32,000 bases of DNA from Telmatocola sphagniphila (GCF_018398935.1 NZ_CP074694.1:1470001-1502000), one strand, 5' to 3'; shown: positions 16,395 through 25,581, numbered from the stretch's first letter. Notes: generated by a model from the sequence alone, not told the origin. A program made the numbers and translations.

Positions 16395-19300
16395 TTACTT
16401 TAAAGTCATCAGATAGGCAATTAAATCGCGAATTTCCCGCGGCGTTAGTCTCCCATCCATGGCCGGCATGGAAGAAGTCGGTTTGGTCCGCTCTTCTATC
16501 TCAGCAATGGGTACAGTCACTGACTTCCCATCGGGAGTTTTCAGCGTGATTTTCGAATTATCTTCTGCCGTGATGGTGCCCGCAATTACTCGACCGTCGA
16601 AAAGAGCGAGAGTCACATTCGCGTAACCCAAAGCAATTTTTGCGTTGGGTAGCATGAGGGACTCCAGGAGATACTCTCTCGTTTTCTGCGGATTGCGAGT
16701 GACCACTTGGGTCAAATCTGGTCCTGCCGTACCTCCACTACCTTTCACCGAATGGCAGCGCACGCATTGAGCGACCGTATGTCCATAGAAAATATCTCGG
16801 CCTGACAGTGGATTTCCGCCGTACAATGCGGATTGGTATTTCCCAAGAATATCCTTCGGTTCGGAAGCCTCGAATTGAAGCAGATGCAATCTTCGAGTAA
16901 TGGAAGAAGCTGATTTGAGTACATCTTTCACATCCAGAATCAATTCTGGGGCAACCTTACCTTCGGATAACCTTTTAGCCCAGAGATCCAGCAATTCATT
17001 GGCTTTCGGATTCTTGAGAGACGTGAGCGAATGCAGGGCCTGCTGCCGTTCGTAAATGCTAGCCTGGGTATCCTCCAGCACGCGAGCCAGTTCTTCAGTG
17101 CCTTTTTTAGCGTCGATTCGAGCATAAGTTTCTCGGGCCTCAGCCCGCAATGTGTCCTCCGGATCGTGCAGGACGGGTTCGAGTTTCGAATCGAGTAATT
17201 TTGAATTACGTTCTCCGAGTAGGTGAAGAGCGGCCCGGCGCGTGGAAGTTTCTTTTTTGGGATCGAGGACCCATTCCAGAAGTAGAGGTTCCCGGATGGG
17301 TATATCCAGTGTACCGATTAAGTTTAAGGCCTCGGTTAGGAGCATCCCTTGAGCTTGAGTGAGAATTTTCTCGACGGAGGGACTGACCACCCGACGTACA
17401 ATCTCGCGATCCCGCTTGGCCAGCGTTCTCCAGAATCCGATGACTCGATCTCTTTGGGGAGGTTCCGCCCAGTCCCTCAAGGCCGCTATTGCTTCGAGCC
17501 GTACGGCACTGGAGAAACGATTGTCCAGAGCAATATTTAATATTTTCCCCGCATTCGCCTCTTTGCCCAGCCAGAAGTTGGCATCAATGATCCTTCGCAT
17601 AAGCGGATCGAGTTCGAGTGGGTTAGAGATGGGTCCAGAGAGTTGGGTATCTGCCAAAACTGGATAAAGCTCGGTCATCGGTAGATCGTGGATGGCTCGG
17701 GCCGCTTCCGTTCGAATCAATAAATCGCTATCCTGTAAAAACAGCGAAATCTCCTGATCCTGTAATCGTCTCTGAACCAGCAATACTCCCATTCTGACTC
17801 GCGTGGAGGCATCTTTGGCGTAGGCTTTCAACTCCTGTGCGACTCCCATTTGAGATAAAGCATAAACTGCGGCATGACGTAAGAAGGGATCGTCTGTTGC
17901 GTTCTCACGCAGCAGCTCTATAAGTGGCTTAACTCCTTCCTTAGACTTGTGCTTTCCGAGTGCTTGAGCCGCGAACATTCGCACTCGGAGGGAGTCATCT
18001 TTCAAAAGAGGAATAATTTGGGAATCGATACTGAGAAACTGAGATTCCCCGAGGACTTTTGCCGTCTGCGCCCGAACTTCCGCATCAGGATCTGATAAAT
18101 AAGCCGTCAAAGGCTTCAAAATCTCCGGGTTTTTTCTAGCCAGTTGTCCCATTCCCCAAAGAGAATGTAGTCGGCTGTAGCGATTCGAATTTTTGCTATC
18201 TGCAAGCATTAACTGAAAGATCTTGGCTCCCTCATCGCCTCTTTTTGCGAGTTCGAATTGTGCCCGAATCCTTAACTTCATTTCGGGGTGGAATAACAGT
18301 TCTTGCAAACTGGAAAGCGTTTGTTTATCGAAGCCTTCAGCAAAGACTTTTTTCATCCGCTGCACATCCGGCGATTGTATTTTTGCCTCATCAAAGATTG
18401 TGAAGATGCGGCCACCCGTACTTCGGCCACTCCAATCCAATGCGCCGAAATCGGAAACGTAAAGTTTCCCCTCTGGCCCCAGGTCGACATCGGTGGGATA
18501 AAAAGGTTTCAGAAAGTCGTGATAATCTGCGATTTCATACCCTGCCCCGGATTGTTTCAGGTGAAAGGATTCCAGACCTCCATTGCCTGTGTAGTTGCAC
18601 ATCAAAAAACTGTTTTGGTATCGAACGGGCAGACTGCTACCACTGGTGAAAAGAAAACCGGAAGGCCCCGTCCCGACTTTCCCAATGGGTGGCAGCAACC
18701 AGGCCGGTTGTCCCGAGTGTGGAGTGTGCCACATTCGCTCCGCAAACCAGGGCCCGGCCAGGTAAGGTGCCTTCATCGTCTGGTAAGCCATATTCCAGCC
18801 GGCATCGCCGCCTTCCAGAACATAAACCAGTCGAGCATCGTCCCCGTAGTCGCAGTTGTTATCGTCTGCAAACAGATTTCCGAATTGATCGAAGGCTAGT
18901 TCCTGAGGGTTTCGTAAGCCGCGCATCACGACTTCGAAATTCGAACCATCCGGATCGCATCGGAAAACGGCTCCATTCCTCAAACCAGTAAAGTTCTTGC
19001 CTTCCTGCGATGTGACGTTGAAACCGCGATCTCCAATACTGAAATACAATTTCCCATCCGGTCCGAAGATCAGACCATGCAAATCATGACCGAGAAAAGC
19101 GCAGCTGACTCCAAAACCGGTGAGTAGAGGTTTCCGAATATCAGCCGTGCCCGTTTTTTTGGTATCCTGGAGCAGCCAGAGGTTGGGAATATTGGTCAGG
19201 TAGACTTTTCCCTCGTGAGCGAGAACTCCCGCTGCCAGGCCATCCAGTGGATCGTTGAACCCGCCCGCGAACACCGTGGAGTGATTCGCCCGGCCCGATC

Positions 19301-19718
19301 CGCTGGTATCTTCCAATAGTCGAACCTGATCGGCATGCTTGCTGAACCAGGACATTCCCCCGTCGAATTTCGACTGCCATTTTTTGAACATCGCCAGGCG
19401 GTCGCTCACCGATTTGAGCTGTAAGTCATCTTCCAGGAAAAAGGGGCGGGTTCGATTTTCCTCCGTCCCTCGGCTGAAGCGATACTCCTCGGCCACAAAA
19501 ATTCGACCTTTTTCGTCGACACTTATGGCAACCGGACTTCCCAGCAACGGTTCCGCTGCGAATAACTCAACTTTGAGGCCCTTGGGATAACGGAAGCCGG
19601 CGATTTGTTTCAGGGCTTTTTCCGTGCCATCGGGTAAGGTGGGTTCTTCCAGAGGGGGTTCCGCCATGCAAACGGCTGGCACGAAAAATGCGATTATAAA
19701 AATGTGGATTCGAAGCAT
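16395..19718 (-). CDS. PVC-type heme-binding CxxCH protein (dehydrogenase-like beta-propeller + HEAT repeats + C-terminal cytochrome c)
   Basis: 1107 aa with the signal MLRIHIFIIAFFVPAVCMA. The N-terminal roughly 450 aa resemble soluble glucose/sorbosone-dehydrogenase-type propellers (GRIFVAE, HDLHGLIFGPDGKLYFSIGDRG, NPQELAFDQFGNLF). The middle is HEAT-like (DPDAEVRAQTAKVLG, DDSLRVRMFAAQALG, ASTRVRMG...). CVRCH lies at 16752..16766. Confidence 0.85.
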   Translation of the reverse strand: MLRIHIFIIAFFVPAVCMAEPPLEEPTLPDGTEKALKQIAGFRYPKGLKVELFAAEPLLGSPVAISVDEKGRIFVAEEYRFSRGTEENRTRPFFLEDDLQLKSVSDRLAMFKKWQSKFDGGMSWFSKHADQVRLLEDTSGSGRANHSTVFAGGFNDPLDGLAAGVLAHEGKVYLTNIPNLWLLQDTKKTGTADIRKPLLTGFGVSCAFLGHDLHGLIFGPDGKLYFSIGDRGFNVTSQEGKNFTGLRNGAVFRCDPDGSNFEVVMRGLRNPQELAFDQFGNLFADDNNCDYGDDARLVYVLEGGDAGWNMAYQTMKAPYLAGPWFAERMWHTPHSGQPAWLLPPIGKVGTGPSGFLFTSGSSLPVRYQNSFLMCNYTGNGGLESFHLKQSGAGYEIADYHDFLKPFYPTDVDLGPEGKLYVSDFGALDWSGRSTGGRIFTIFDEAKIQSPDVQRMKKVFAEGFDKQTLSSLQELLFHPEMKLRIRAQFELAKRGDEGAKIFQLMLADSKNSNRYSRLHSLWGMGQLARKNPEILKPLTAYLSDPDAEVRAQTAKVLGESQFLSIDSQIIPLLKDDSLRVRMFAAQALGKHKSKEGVKPLIELLRENATDDPFLRHAAVYALSQMGVAQELKAYAKDASTRVRMGVLLVQRRLQDQEISLFLQDSDLLIRTEAARAIHDLPMTELYPVLADTQLSGPISNPLELDPLMRRIIDANFWLGKEANAGKILNIALDNRFSSAVRLEAIAALRDWAEPPQRDRVIGFWRTLAKRDREIVRRVVSPSVEKILTQAQGMLLTEALNLIGTLDIPIREPLLLEWVLDPKKETSTRRAALHLLGERNSKLLDSKLEPVLHDPEDTLRAEARETYARIDAKKGTEELARVLEDTQASIYERQQALHSLTSLKNPKANELLDLWAKRLSEGKVAPELILDVKDVLKSASSITRRLHLLQFEASEPKDILGKYQSALYGGNPLSGRDIFYGHTVAQCVRCHSVKGSGGTAGPDLTQVVTRNPQKTREYLLESLMLPNAKIALGYANVTLALFDGRVIAGTITAEDNSKITLKTPDGKSVTVPIAEIEERTKPTSSMPAMDGRLTPREIRDLIAYLMTLK

Positions 19719-19910
19719 GGAGAATCTCAGCGGGTTCAGCTCACGAAAGATAGTGCATTGCAGCTTAGCAATCTAGGGGGCGACATGCAAGGGCGACGCG
19801 AGTTGGAACTAGAGAGTTTCGAAGATGAAGAATCGAGTGGAAATTAGTCATAAATGTATGTTTCAGATAACATCTCCTTATCGCTTCGAGCAAATTCACT
19901 GAGGTAGACT

Positions 19911-20504
19911 ATGCAACATCATCCGAATATCGTTGAAGGTCTTAGGCAGATGCGTGGCATCTCAATGTGGTTAATCGTTTTTGGAGTTCTGCTGGTCGTC
20001 GGAGGAATAGTTGCCTTAGGCTCACCTCTTATCTTCACAATCACAACAGTTATCCTGTTCGGCTGGTTACTATTGATCGGAGGCATCGCCGGTCTGATCG
20101 GCTCAATTCTCTCGAAGGGCTGGCATGGATTTGCTGTCTTCCTCCTCATCAGCATCCTGGATATTGTGGTCGGATTTCTCATGGTGTCCAAGCCGTTAGC
20201 ATCCGCCACTTTAATCACGCTCATTCTAGCGGTCCTTTTTCTTGCGGGTGGGATTGGTCGAATTATTTCCGCGCTGGTCATCCGGTTTCCGAATTGGGGC
20301 TGGTCCGTCTTTAGCGGTTTTGTCTCGCTGATTCTGGGCGGCATGATTTGGGGAGAATGGCCAGAATCGACCATCTGGGTGATCGGGACATTCATCGGCA
20401 TCGAAATGATTTTTCGAGGCTGGACCTGGATTGCACTCGGCTCGATGGTCCGAAAAATCGTTCCACCGCCGACTTCAGCGACTTTGGATCCGCAACCTGG
20501 TTGA
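19911..20504 (+). CDS. HdeD family / DUF308 membrane protein
   Basis: 197 aa; GAGG upstream of the ATG. It has about 6 hydrophobic helices with the repeated DUF308 pattern (GIVALGSPLIFTITTVILFGWLLLIGGIAGLIGS; LAVLFLAGGIGRIISAL...). Confidence 0.72.
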   Translation: MQHHPNIVEGLRQMRGISMWLIVFGVLLVVGGIVALGSPLIFTITTVILFGWLLLIGGIAGLIGSILSKGWHGFAVFLLISILDIVVGFLMVSKPLASATLITLILAVLFLAGGIGRIISALVIRFPNWGWSVFSGFVSLILGGMIWGEWPESTIWVIGTFIGIEMIFRGWTWIALGSMVRKIVPPPTSATLDPQPG

Positions 20505-20588
20505 TGGATAACTTGTTGAATCAGATGTCATCTCATCAGCAACCTTAAGGGACCAACGGAGATTTCCCCGCTGATCCTAAGATATTAC

Positions 20589-23500
20589 TCAAAATCGAAG
20601 GATGGCTGATTTCCGGCCCAACTGCAATATCAGGGCATCGGGATCGACAATCACCTGAGTAGGCTTGAACTTACAGGTGATCGAAATTTCCCGGCTTTCC
20701 CCCGCTCCCAGAACGACAGCTAGCCGGGCATCCCGATAATCAGGCAGTTGCCTCCCTTCTTTATCAAACCGATCGCCCGTAGTGGCCGCGACATCAATTT
20801 TCGCTGTTGCCGTCCCGGCATTGGTGATCTTGAGTTTCACAACCCATTCCTCGGGAGAGTTCGAGGACACCTCCCGGAGGCCGTCGCTCAATCGATATTC
20901 GGGAACAACCACTTCATAGAACCACTGTTTGGTGAACGCATCATAAGCCGGTTTGTCAGTTGCAAACTTCCGCATGAATTCAACAAAATTCTGGAGCAAA
21001 GGATAGTCCGGCCCATCGTGGTATTGTTCGATGAATTGTCGAATCCCCTGAAGCATTGCTTCTCGCCCCAGCTGTTGCAGCATCATCCAGAATACCCAAC
21101 CGCCTTTGTCGTAAATCACCGTGGTGTCACCATCCTGGCTACCATCGATTTTCACTAAGGGCCGTTCTGAATCGCGACGGCGTTTCTGCTCGTATTGCGA
21201 TTCGATTTGCTTGAGAAACTGGATCCGACCGCGTGGACCTTTCATTTGTTCGAAGAGTAATGCCGTCGAAAAATGTGCCATGCCTTCAGAAAGCAAATCG
21301 GCATTTGTTCCTTTTCCTGGGGTGAGTATGTTTCCCCACCACTGATGAGCTGCCTCGTGGGCCGTCACCATAAAGGTTGCGTTCGATTCATTGTCATTCT
21401 GAGTGAGAAAACCGATTGCTTCCGAAAACGTGATATTTGTCGGAAAGCCCTGAGCGTAGCTCGCATAGGCCGGGAATTCACTAAGCTTCAGCTCCTTCCA
21501 GGGATAGGGATAAAACCATTCCGAATAGTACTTCCGGCTGGCATCCAGCGTTTCCGAGATTTCCTGGATGTTGAATGTATGGCCGGGATAATAATAGACT
21601 TTTGTGCCCTGCCCTTCCTTGACTTCCCACTTGCCGCCGACAACATTGCAAAAGCGGACGGGATGATCGCTTCGCCATTCCACAGTTTTTTTGCCATCTT
21701 GAACCGATTCGCTGACTCGAACTCCAACGGCATTCATAGTAAAGCTTTCCGGGGCTGTTATCACAAAGCGAGTGGAATAGCCGTGGTTCGAGCCAAAAGC
21801 CGGCCCCTTACGCTGTTTATAGTAATCGTCGGGATATTCTTTCTGTTCGTGCTTGTTATCTTTATCGACACCTATTTCGGACGCATAACCCAGTACGGGT
21901 AGAAAACTCGGTGTGAAACTGGTCAATACGATTCCAGCGGGGCTAATGAACTCGGAAATTCCACCGCCATTTTTGCTGATGCCCTTCGGCAGATGACCGG
22001 TATAGGAAAATCCGATGCGAACCACTTTCCCCGATGTCAGTTCTGCTTCGGGTGTAAAGACGCAGAGTAAGGAACGATCTTCGGGCTGATACGCCTTCCC
22101 ATTCATCGTCCAACTTAAATCCTGCCAATGCGGACCGACGGTCAGAGGGATTAGTCGAATCGGTTTTTCGCCATCGTTTCGAATTTCGTAGGATCCGGTG
22201 ACGCGGAATGCGGCCTCGTTCGGTTCAATCTCCAACTGCACGTCCATAGAATTCAAATTAGGAAGGACCGCATCGGTCCAGGTGGCGTGATTTTTGCGCC
22301 AATAATCCTTAAGAGCTTTCTTGACAACATCTCCCTCGTAGCCATCGTACACGCTTCCGTAGAGCATGACGCCCAAGATCAGTGCCGGAAGTGCGTAAGG
22401 TAGTAATCGCAGCCCCGTTCCGAAAACTGCCGCCGGGTAAAAACGCGTTAAAAGCCGACCGGGATCGGGTTCTCGCCTGCGGAAGAATTTCACAGCGACC
22501 ACGACAAAGAAAAGGGTCAAAGACAGAATGAAAAAGCGATTGAGCAAGATCGCGCGTCGATCCATTTCCAGAATACCGAGATCGCTCCAGTGAATTGAAC
22601 TCCAGAGCATCCAATTGCCCAACCAGTTCATTTCTTTAGTGAGAGCCCGATATATCGTGAAAATCATCACTGCCAGCCCAATCCCAAGCGTGGTGTACCG
22701 ATTTCCGGTTACCGAGAACGTGGCCGTGATGAATGTGGTCCAGAGTAGGAAAGTAGGAATCAGTAGTAGTCCCCAGATGATGAGGAACGGCCCTGTTTGA
22801 ATGGGTACTATTCCCTGAATTGCCAGCAGGGTCAGACAAGTCAGCAGGTTAGCCAACAGAATGAAAACGCCTACCGCGCTGTTTGCCAGAGCTTTGCCAA
22901 ACAGTAGAGCGGAGGTTCGAACCGGAGCCGCAAAAAGGATGGAAGAAGTTCCTGTTGTAGGATCCCGTTGAAGCGATTCCACGGTGTAAAACATCAATAG
23001 TAAACAGACCATAAGCGTAAGCGGGTTCATCGCGGCGACCGCTAACGTGCCTGCCGTGGAAAGCAAGGGAGTATCGAAAGCGCCGACAGCGAGGCTGCTT
23101 GAAGTTACGGTCTGTAAAATGATAATTGGGATGAACAGATACAAGCCCGGTTGGCTTCGCAGCTCTCTCAATTCCACTTTGGTCACGTGCCACAAACTCT
23201 GGAAAAAGCCAGGTTGTGAGGTCGTCATTTGCAGTGAGCCGAGATTGGCCGAGTCTGTTGCTTCCAAACGCTCATACTTTTCAGGAGTGTTGGAATTTGA
23301 TGTAAACCGGAACTTCGATTTTCGAGTTTTCGATGCCCCACGCATGCTGGAGACCAGAGTAATTTGTGCGGCGAAAACGCAAAGTAATCCGAAGCAGGCC
23401 AGGACGATTCGACTGAGTGAGAACGCAAGAGAATACTCCACTCGTGCGTGGTTGTAAAAATTCACTCCTTTATCGCTTTTCAACCAGGTTTCAGACAGCC

Positions 23501-24188
23501 ATCTAAACCCGGAAGGGTCGACCAGCATTAAAAGCTTGTTGATTCTGGGATCCAACCAACTCGGCGACCAGCTCCAGAGAAAGAAGCCGCATGCAAGCAG
23601 TAAAGCGACAGGAATTACGTAAAGCAAAATCGGTCGACGACTCCAGGTTCCGATGCAGAACGAGATTCCCGTGAGGAATATTAAGGTCGGAAACGCGAAG
23701 AAAAAGGCCGGCCGAAGATAATTCAAAGCATCGAAAGGGCCGCGAATCTCTAGCGATCGCGAATTAGGAACGAAATGGTTGAAAAAAATCATGCTCAGAA
23801 GGTGCAGGACCAAAACACCCAGGAAGCTCATAATTATCGCAAAATATTTTCCCCAGATGTATTCCGCCGGACGCAGGGGCGTCGAATGCAAAAGTTCACT
23901 GATCTTCATCTCATCATCGGCGATCACGGGCATCCCCGAGGCGATGGCCGCAAAAAAGATATAGAAAATGAACACGATCATTCCCAGCATTTGGGTGATA
24001 GCAAATTCGGAAGTGATCCAGGCTTTTGTGCCGCCGACATGGCTATCGCCGCTTGATATCTGAAGGGTTCCGGTCGAAAGCCCCCAGGCGGAGAGGAAAA
24101 GTACGATTACTAGAATCCAGTAGAGTGGCCGACGAATGTTGTGTAATAGATCGATCTTCGCGATCTGCATAGTGCGTGCGAGATTCAT
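20589..24188 (-). CDS. ABC-2-type transporter permease (two tandem modules) fused to an M1 family zinc metallopeptidase domain
   Basis: 1199 aa with an ATG start. I count about 13 hydrophobic helices in aa 20-620, including two ABC-2-like loops (ELLHSTPLRPAEYIWGKY; SILFAAPVRTSALLFGKA). The C-terminal part is gluzincin: HEAAHQWWGN (21345..21359), LLSEGMAHF (Glu968) and VIYDKGGWVFWMM. Confidence 0.85.
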   Translation of the reverse strand: MNLARTMQIAKIDLLHNIRRPLYWILVIVLFLSAWGLSTGTLQISSGDSHVGGTKAWITSEFAITQMLGMIVFIFYIFFAAIASGMPVIADDEMKISELLHSTPLRPAEYIWGKYFAIIMSFLGVLVLHLLSMIFFNHFVPNSRSLEIRGPFDALNYLRPAFFFAFPTLIFLTGISFCIGTWSRRPILLYVIPVALLLACGFFLWSWSPSWLDPRINKLLMLVDPSGFRWLSETWLKSDKGVNFYNHARVEYSLAFSLSRIVLACFGLLCVFAAQITLVSSMRGASKTRKSKFRFTSNSNTPEKYERLEATDSANLGSLQMTTSQPGFFQSLWHVTKVELRELRSQPGLYLFIPIIILQTVTSSSLAVGAFDTPLLSTAGTLAVAAMNPLTLMVCLLLMFYTVESLQRDPTTGTSSILFAAPVRTSALLFGKALANSAVGVFILLANLLTCLTLLAIQGIVPIQTGPFLIIWGLLLIPTFLLWTTFITATFSVTGNRYTTLGIGLAVMIFTIYRALTKEMNWLGNWMLWSSIHWSDLGILEMDRRAILLNRFFILSLTLFFVVVAVKFFRRREPDPGRLLTRFYPAAVFGTGLRLLPYALPALILGVMLYGSVYDGYEGDVVKKALKDYWRKNHATWTDAVLPNLNSMDVQLEIEPNEAAFRVTGSYEIRNDGEKPIRLIPLTVGPHWQDLSWTMNGKAYQPEDRSLLCVFTPEAELTSGKVVRIGFSYTGHLPKGISKNGGGISEFISPAGIVLTSFTPSFLPVLGYASEIGVDKDNKHEQKEYPDDYYKQRKGPAFGSNHGYSTRFVITAPESFTMNAVGVRVSESVQDGKKTVEWRSDHPVRFCNVVGGKWEVKEGQGTKVYYYPGHTFNIQEISETLDASRKYYSEWFYPYPWKELKLSEFPAYASYAQGFPTNITFSEAIGFLTQNDNESNATFMVTAHEAAHQWWGNILTPGKGTNADLLSEGMAHFSTALLFEQMKGPRGRIQFLKQIESQYEQKRRRDSERPLVKIDGSQDGDTTVIYDKGGWVFWMMLQQLGREAMLQGIRQFIEQYHDGPDYPLLQNFVEFMRKFATDKPAYDAFTKQWFYEVVVPEYRLSDGLREVSSNSPEEWVVKLKITNAGTATAKIDVAATTGDRFDKEGRQLPDYRDARLAVVLGAGESREISITCKFKPTQVIVDPDALILQLGRKSAILRF

Positions 24189-24252
24189 TTCCTGCTTTCT
24201 AAATCATCGGGAATAAAGCGTTGAGGTTGACGAGCTGCGAGCTTTTAATCCA

Positions 24253-25143
24253 TTACTGCTGAGTGATCCCCGGCAATTCGGAGCGTAAAGTGACGAAGTA
24301 AGCGTCCTGCAAAGTCGGCGGTACGCCGATAAATCCAATGGGTGGAGTTCCCCCTTTTTGGTAAATCCTCACTCGGTTCGTTCCCTCGACCAGAATGGCT
24401 TGCGTAACCATTTGCGATTTTCGGATGGATTCCAATTCGGCCGTGGAAACGGAAGCTTCGTAGATGTTTCCCTCGAGATGTTTGCGGACTTCCGAAGGTG
24501 AAGTCTGGGCGACGATTCGACCCCGGTTGATCATGGCGAATCGAGAACAGAGCACGGCCACATCCTCGACGATATGGGTCGAGAGTAAAACAATTCGCTT
24601 CTCGGCAAGTTCGGCGAGCAGGTAGTAGAATCGAACCCGCTCTTCCGGGTCCAATCCCGCCGTCGGTTCATCGACGATGATCAAACGAGGATCCCCGGCA
24701 ATCGCCTGGGCTAATCCCAACCGTTGACGCATACCGCCGGAGTAGGTTTTGACTTTTCGCTGGGATGCGAAGCTGAGATTTACTTTGTCCAGGAGTTCTC
24801 GTGCCAGAGCCATAGTACCCTTCGGCGACTCCACGCCTTTGAGCCGGAGAAGATGGGCCAGCATTTTTTCGCCGGTCAAATGTGGATAAAGTCCAAAATC
24901 CTGGGGCAGATAGCCGAGTCGACTCCGCAAAAACTGCGGCGTCTTGATGACATCCGTGCCATCGAGAAGAACTTCCCCGGAAGTTGGCTCCAACAAACCG
25001 GCAACGACGCGCATGAAAGTCGTTTTTCCCGCTCCATTGGGGCCTAAAAGACCAAACATGCCATTTTGCAGATCGAGATTGATCCCTTGCAGTGCCGCTA
25101 CGGGGCCGGGATAAACCTTAACCAGATTTCGAATCGACAGCAT
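24253..25143 (-). CDS. ABC transporter ATP-binding protein
   Basis: 296 aa. It has Walker A GPNGAGKTT, Q-loop LGYLPQD, signature YSGGMRQRL, Walker B LIIVDEPTAGLD and H-loop LLSTHIVED. It lies 64 nt upstream of the permease/M1 gene on the same strand. Confidence 0.93.
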   Translation of the reverse strand: MLSIRNLVKVYPGPVAALQGINLDLQNGMFGLLGPNGAGKTTFMRVVAGLLEPTSGEVLLDGTDVIKTPQFLRSRLGYLPQDFGLYPHLTGEKMLAHLLRLKGVESPKGTMALARELLDKVNLSFASQRKVKTYSGGMRQRLGLAQAIAGDPRLIIVDEPTAGLDPEERVRFYYLLAELAEKRIVLLSTHIVEDVAVLCSRFAMINRGRIVAQTSPSEVRKHLEGNIYEASVSTAELESIRKSQMVTQAILVEGTNRVRIYQKGGTPPIGFIGVPPTLQDAYFVTLRSELPGITQQ

Positions 25144-25581
25144 ACGCGTCTCGGAGTGTTTAGGTGATGCAATGTTCCAAACTAGTACCCGACTATGTCC
25201 CGAAAGGTTTCATTTACAGCGAAGCAGAATTTCAGGACAATTTGGATGAGGGTTTTTCGTCAGTCAACGAGATGGATTTAGATCTCATAGCAAATATTTG
25301 GGAAATCTGCCAGAGCGGTCCGTAATTGGTCAAGACCATATCTGCGAAACATTTTTGAGGCGGGACAAAGTTCGATAAGAATAGTCCGTGACGTGCTTTT
25401 GAGAGGTCTGTTCCACTTCTCCCGCCGGACTCAGTCGAAGCTGGATTGTTGTTTGGGTTTTGGGAGGGCTTTAGATGTTCAGGGACAATAGCTTTGAAAA
25501 TTACGACCGAATGGTGGATGGCTTCCGCTCTACTCGGAATGACAATCCCTGGGACTACCAAGGATTGTCGCACGCTGGAAA

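Noticed and set aside
18303-18899. 198-aa plus-strand ORF (with neighbours at 18223, 18440 and 18689) antisense to the PVC-type heme protein
   Set aside because: These are shadow ORFs within a long, motif-rich minus-strand CDS.
19919-20401. 160-aa minus-strand ORF antisense to the HdeD/DUF308 gene
   Set aside because: The plus-strand product has a coherent 6-helix DUF308 pattern and an RBS. The antisense product is Pro/Arg-rich with no features.
21273-21902. 209-aa plus-strand ORF antisense to the M1 peptidase domain
   Set aside because: The opposite strand encodes HEAAH...E and flanking M1 motifs, so this is a shadow ORF.
25232-25573. 113-aa minus-strand ORF between DUF1501 and the ABC ATPase
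   Set aside because: It has a GTG start without an RBS, a low-complexity Pro/Asn/Ser-rich product and no recognisable domain. I kept it only as a note in a finding, not as a feature.
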